DNA of 64,000 nucleotides from an uncultured Candidatus Saccharibacteria bacterium (GTDB lineage Bacteria; Patescibacteriota; Saccharimonadia; Saccharimonadales; JACDBH01), in contig OZ246417.1 of NCBI GenBank assembly GCA_965231105.1, forward strand, positions 384,908 through 448,907. Direction: 5' to 3'. The translations under genes were made by a program, and so were the position numbers. The notes under the pieces are model-generated. The model did no database searches. It saw only the letters and a list, made by a program, of their open reading frames with translations, and was not told where the DNA came from. Of the stretch, positions 61,427 to 64,000 are shown piece after piece; position 1 is the first letter of the stretch, and each line of letters starts with the position of its first letter.

Positions 61427-62110
61427 CTAACCAAGCGCGGGCGTAGCGGGATCGCCATCTCCAAAGGGTGTCTTTAGACACGTTTCAAGATTCCATGGCT
61501 GAGAAAAATCTGCACCAACCGCTTGCTGCAACTGGTCAATAGCATCCCGAGTTTGATTACCTGCAACGCCGTCAACTGCAGCTGTATAGTATCCCTCTTG
61601 CACTAAAAAGGTCTGTAGTTTCTTCACATCATTAATAACAGCTTCAGACCTATCACCCCGTGGAATATTATCTATAATTTCACATTGCCCCGTCGGTGGC
61701 GAAGTCTCTGGACTCGATGATCCCTCACTGGTATTTGTTGGTTCAACTTCAGTAGGAGTAGAAGGAAGCGAAGGCGTAGCCTGCTGCTCTCCTGCGCGCC
61801 GATCGACTGGCAGCGAAAGCGCCATCATGGCCAACCCACCGGCAAGCACTCCCCATGCTGCTTGTCTACCATTCTTAATGCCGTTGCCAACAAAATCACT
61901 CCGTTTATATAAATATGCTTGAGTGGTTGCGCCACCAGCCGCGAGCGTTGCGCCACCCCATAATAACGAGTCCTTAAAGACCGGATTTAAACCGAGCCCA
62001 TACTTAGCAAAAGCGACCCCGGCCGCTACAGTACCGGCGGCGCCAACTGCAGCAGCAATGCCGTTTTTGGTACGTCGCTCTCTATCACTCGCAGAAATTT
62101 CCATCGACAT
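61427..62110 (-). CDS. orphan I: Gly-rich 3-TM protein with C-terminal peptidoglycan-binding (PG_binding_1-like) domain
   Basis: 227 aa with three G/A-rich hydrophobic spans and an S/T/P linker. VKKLQTFLVQEGYYTAAVDGVAGNQTRDAIDQLQQAVG matches the PG-binding repeat. Confidence 0.7.
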   Translation of the reverse strand: MSMEISASDRERRTKNGIAAAVGAAGTVAAGVAFAKYGLGLNPVFKDSLLWGGATLAAGGATTQAYLYKRSDFVGNGIKNGRQAAWGVLAGGLAMMALSLPVDRRAGEQQATPSLPSTPTEVEPTNTSEGSSSPETSPPTGQCEIIDNIPRGDRSEAVINDVKKLQTFLVQEGYYTAAVDGVAGNQTRDAIDQLQQAVGADFSQPWNLETCLKTPFGDGDPATPALG

Positions 62111-62144
62111 AATGATTTCCCTACTTATTCAAAATAATACATAA

Positions 62145-62172
62145 ATCGTAGACCTTTCCTTTTAACTGTCAA
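62145..62172 (-). promoter_or_regulatory. candidate promoter of the I-H-G-F-E operon
   Basis: The minus strand reads TTGACA-16 nt-TACGAT, followed by a 34-nt leader containing AGGGAAA before ATG 62110. Confidence 0.4.
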
Positions 62173-62220
62173 GAATTGTCATTTTTAACAACACAGAAGT
62201 TCCGCCAACCCCTGCTTACT

Positions 62221-62248
62221 TTGACAGGAGTGTATGATTGTGTACTAT
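62221..62248 (+). promoter_or_regulatory. candidate promoter of J-K
   Basis: TTGACA-16 nt-TACTAT. The leader carries a GGAGGT SD before ATG 62273. Confidence 0.45.
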
Positions 62249-62272
62249 TATAGTAGATATTGGAGGTACCTA

Positions 62273-63481
62273 ATGCCTAGTAAAAGAGAGGTCGGAGCTT
62301 TAGTTGCGTGTGGGACTCTTACTTTAGGTATGGGTGCCGCTCTCCTCTTCCCCGATCAGACTGAGAGCGCAGGAGGTAGTGCCACCGAGGCGGTCATCGA
62401 TATCTTCCAGCCAAAAGAAGAAGTATCCACCACTGCAGCAGCTGCGTGCTATGAAATTAGCACTGTTGATACCCGACTAAAGATTGGCGCTCTTATTATT
62501 ACGCTGGCCGATGTTACAGAGCCTGGTCAGATGGACGTGTTGCAACAAACCATGCAGGAAACTGCCGTCAGCGGTTTTGCTACCCTCAATCTTGAGGATA
62601 CAGTCCACTACAAAGGCCAGCCTACTCCCATAGCAACAGCCACCACGAGCTTAATCACAGAAGTAGAAGCAGCCAATGGCGTTAATGTCACATTCGCGCT
62701 CGATGAAGAGGGCGGGATGGTACAACGATCGAAGAATCTTATGGGCTTTACCCGCTTACCTTCCGCACGCGATCAGGCTGCGTTACCGCCCGCAGAAATT
62801 AGTAGTATGTTTACTGAGCACGGACAAAAGCTCCGAACCTTAGGTGTTGATGTTGTATTTGGTCCCGTCGCTGATTCAGGTCATAACGATCCAATCGGAA
62901 GTCGCGCATTTGCTGCAACCCCTGAATCAGTTGTTGGTCCGGCTCGCGCAGTTATTGAAGGACTCCATGCAGCGGGTATCGATGCCACTATCAAGCACTA
63001 CCCAGACCACGGCAATGCTACCGGTGATACACATGTCGTAGCAGCAAAAACACCACCCTTATCAGAACTTGAATCAAACGGGCTTCCTGCCTTTACGGCA
63101 CTTTTTCCTGAGACGGATATGGTAATGGTTGCTCATACCAGTACCGAAGGACTTACCGCGCCAAATGAGCCTGCTAGTCTAAGCCCTGCAGTATATTCCC
63201 GCCTCCGAGCTGATGGTTTTACGGGCGTTGCCATAACAGACGGACTGGGTATGGACGCGATTCAAGCCTATGTAGGGGCTCCCGATGAGGCAACAGCAGA
63301 GGCCAAGGCAGCAGTTATAGCATTACAAAGTGGTGCCGATATGGTCATTGTTGATCTCGGAAGCACTCGCGGCGTCGTAAACGCTGTTAGTGCCGCTGTC
63401 GCGAGTAGCGAAATTCCTGCCGCTCGACTTGATGAGGCAGCAAAGAGAGTCCTATCATTAAAAGGGTATCAAATGTGTTAA
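62273..63481 (+). CDS. glycoside hydrolase family 3 (NagZ/YbbD-like beta-N-acetylhexosaminidase), N-terminally anchored or lipoprotein
   Basis: The start was set at the ATG after GGAGGT (MPSKREVGALVACGTLTLGMGAALLF). GH3 motifs LDEEGGMVQR, GVDVVFGPVADS and KHYPDHGNATGDTH. Confidence 0.8.
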   Translation: MPSKREVGALVACGTLTLGMGAALLFPDQTESAGGSATEAVIDIFQPKEEVSTTAAAACYEISTVDTRLKIGALIITLADVTEPGQMDVLQQTMQETAVSGFATLNLEDTVHYKGQPTPIATATTSLITEVEAANGVNVTFALDEEGGMVQRSKNLMGFTRLPSARDQAALPPAEISSMFTEHGQKLRTLGVDVVFGPVADSGHNDPIGSRAFAATPESVVGPARAVIEGLHAAGIDATIKHYPDHGNATGDTHVVAAKTPPLSELESNGLPAFTALFPETDMVMVAHTSTEGLTAPNEPASLSPAVYSRLRADGFTGVAITDGLGMDAIQAYVGAPDEATAEAKAAVIALQSGADMVIVDLGSTRGVVNAVSAAVASSEIPAARLDEAAKRVLSLKGYQMC

Positions 63482-63538
63482 AGTTGAATTTATAGCAAAT
63501 GACTTGCATAACATTCATAAGGAGAGTACGGTAATACT

Positions 63539-64000
63539 ATGGAACGAAGTACGGGAATAGCTTCAGGACTTATTTTTGGTGGCGCAATGTTTATTGCGGG
63601 TATGGTTGTAGAGAGAAATGTTATTAATGATGAGCCAGGTAGTGCTGCACCGGCACCCGAAACTACCGTAGCAGGTGTTTTACCTACAACCGGTGGTGCC
63701 GAAACTACAGTTCCACCCACCACTACCGCACCGGGGGCTCCTATTACTTACCCGCTTTCAAAAGTAGTATGTTATGGGCCAGAAGTGCCCGTAACGGTTA
63801 CCGGCGAGGATGTTATTACCGTAGGAGGCGTCGCAACACACAGCTTCCTAAAGGCTGCAAATCGTACCACAGGTAAAACCTTCTATACACAGATAGCTGC
63901 CCCACCAGCCAACAATGCCGATGGCTTTATGGCAGACCTTTATAATCGAAATGGTTTACCCGTTCCCGCGAGCTTTGATGATTTACCAGGTGTCACATTG
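63539..64000 (+). CDS. orphan K (5' partial, runs off the window; absent from the ORF track): anchored protein, paralog of D
   Basis: My translation: MERSTGIASGLIFGGAMFIAGMVVERNVINDEPGSAAPAPETTVAGVLPTTGGAETTVPPTTTAPGAPITYPLSKVVCYGPEVPVTVTGEDVITVGG... The frame is open for 154 codons to the window edge. An AAGGAGAG SD lies upstream. Confidence 0.65.
   Translation, partial: MERSTGIASGLIFGGAMFIAGMVVERNVINDEPGSAAPAPETTVAGVLPTTGGAETTVPPTTTAPGAPITYPLSKVVCYGPEVPVTVTGEDVITVGGVATHSFLKAANRTTGKTFYTQIAAPPANNADGFMADLYNRNGLPVPASFDDLPGVTL

Noticed and set aside
63490-63723. 77-aa minus-strand ORF in the track
   Set aside because: It is antisense to the longer open frame K, which has an SD, a TM anchor and homology to D. 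Its Gly/Pro/Val-rich product is the mirror of the T/A/P linker.
1-64000. CRISPR array, rRNA, transposase/IS, integrase, reverse transcriptase (DGR/retron)
   Set aside because: I saw no regularly spaced direct repeats. No ORF has DDE, tyrosine- or serine-recombinase, or YxDD reverse-transcriptase motifs.
49912-64000. Calling the orphan block a type IV/type VII secretion or pilus locus
   Set aside because: Within the window I recognised no VirB4/VirD4/FtsK-type or PilB-type ATPase (no canonical Walker A seen), no prepilin motif and no WXG-like small proteins. Only the hydrolase-plus-anchored-proteins theme is shared, so it remains an open hypothesis.

Overview
This 64-kb chromosomal segment appears to come from a small-genome, monoderm-style bacterium. 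The gene content and style look Patescibacteria/Saccharibacteria-like: CCA-encoded tRNAs, LemA-HtpX, Mur/Ddl/PBP/Ldt wall genes, S16/KhpA/L32 with charged tails, and many anchored orphan proteins. That taxonomy is inference only. Layout: (1) 1-9.8 kb is an accessory block with two paralogous anchored M23-like proteins, ArsR+SRPBCC, two DUF1801 genes, an ATP-grasp protein, RdgB/HAM1, the rifampin ADP-ribosyltransferase Arr, tRNA-Gln, and an untracked 39-aa micro-ORF coupled to a leaderless-looking SodC. (2) 9.8-28.5 kb is core: trmD, KH protein, rpsP, rnc, NUDIX, nusB, rpmF, leuS, ddl, class-IV aminotransferase, murF, tRNA-Ala, ligA, htpX, lemA. (3) 28.6-30.8 kb is a tRNA region in which an HNH endonuclease gene sits inside a tRNA-Cys/tRNA-Leu transcription unit, followed by an L,D-transpeptidase, tRNA-Phe and tRNA-Gly. 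(4) 30.8-39.7 kb is a tRNA-bounded accessory island with an 899-aa SF1 helicase that has an orphan N-terminal half, a PUA-like/HNH nuclease, DUF1428, SRPBCC, DUF1801, a DHFR-like protein, DUF2975+HTH and a MazG-like protein. (5) 39.7-49.9 kb is core: FAD oxidase, tRNA-Leu, family-5 SBP, secG, M24 peptidase, uvrC, PBP1A. (6) 49.9-64.0 kb is a contiguous block of at least 11 genes, nine of them without any family I recognise. It holds three large cytoplasmic orphans under back-to-back promoters, six anchored Cys-containing ectoproteins, a 959-aa SGNH + LAS-peptidase + GH19-like wall hydrolase, a polytopic PG-binding protein and an anchored GH3 enzyme. This block is my best candidate for an undescribed system, either an envelope or host-wall breaching/attachment module. 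A second window-wide signal is a recurrent leaderless promoter geometry, with a (TGn)TAnnAT element ending 6-7 nt before the ATG. It occurs at many accessory genes, whereas the orphan block uses strong SD sites. No CRISPR array, rRNA, transposase or integrase was seen.
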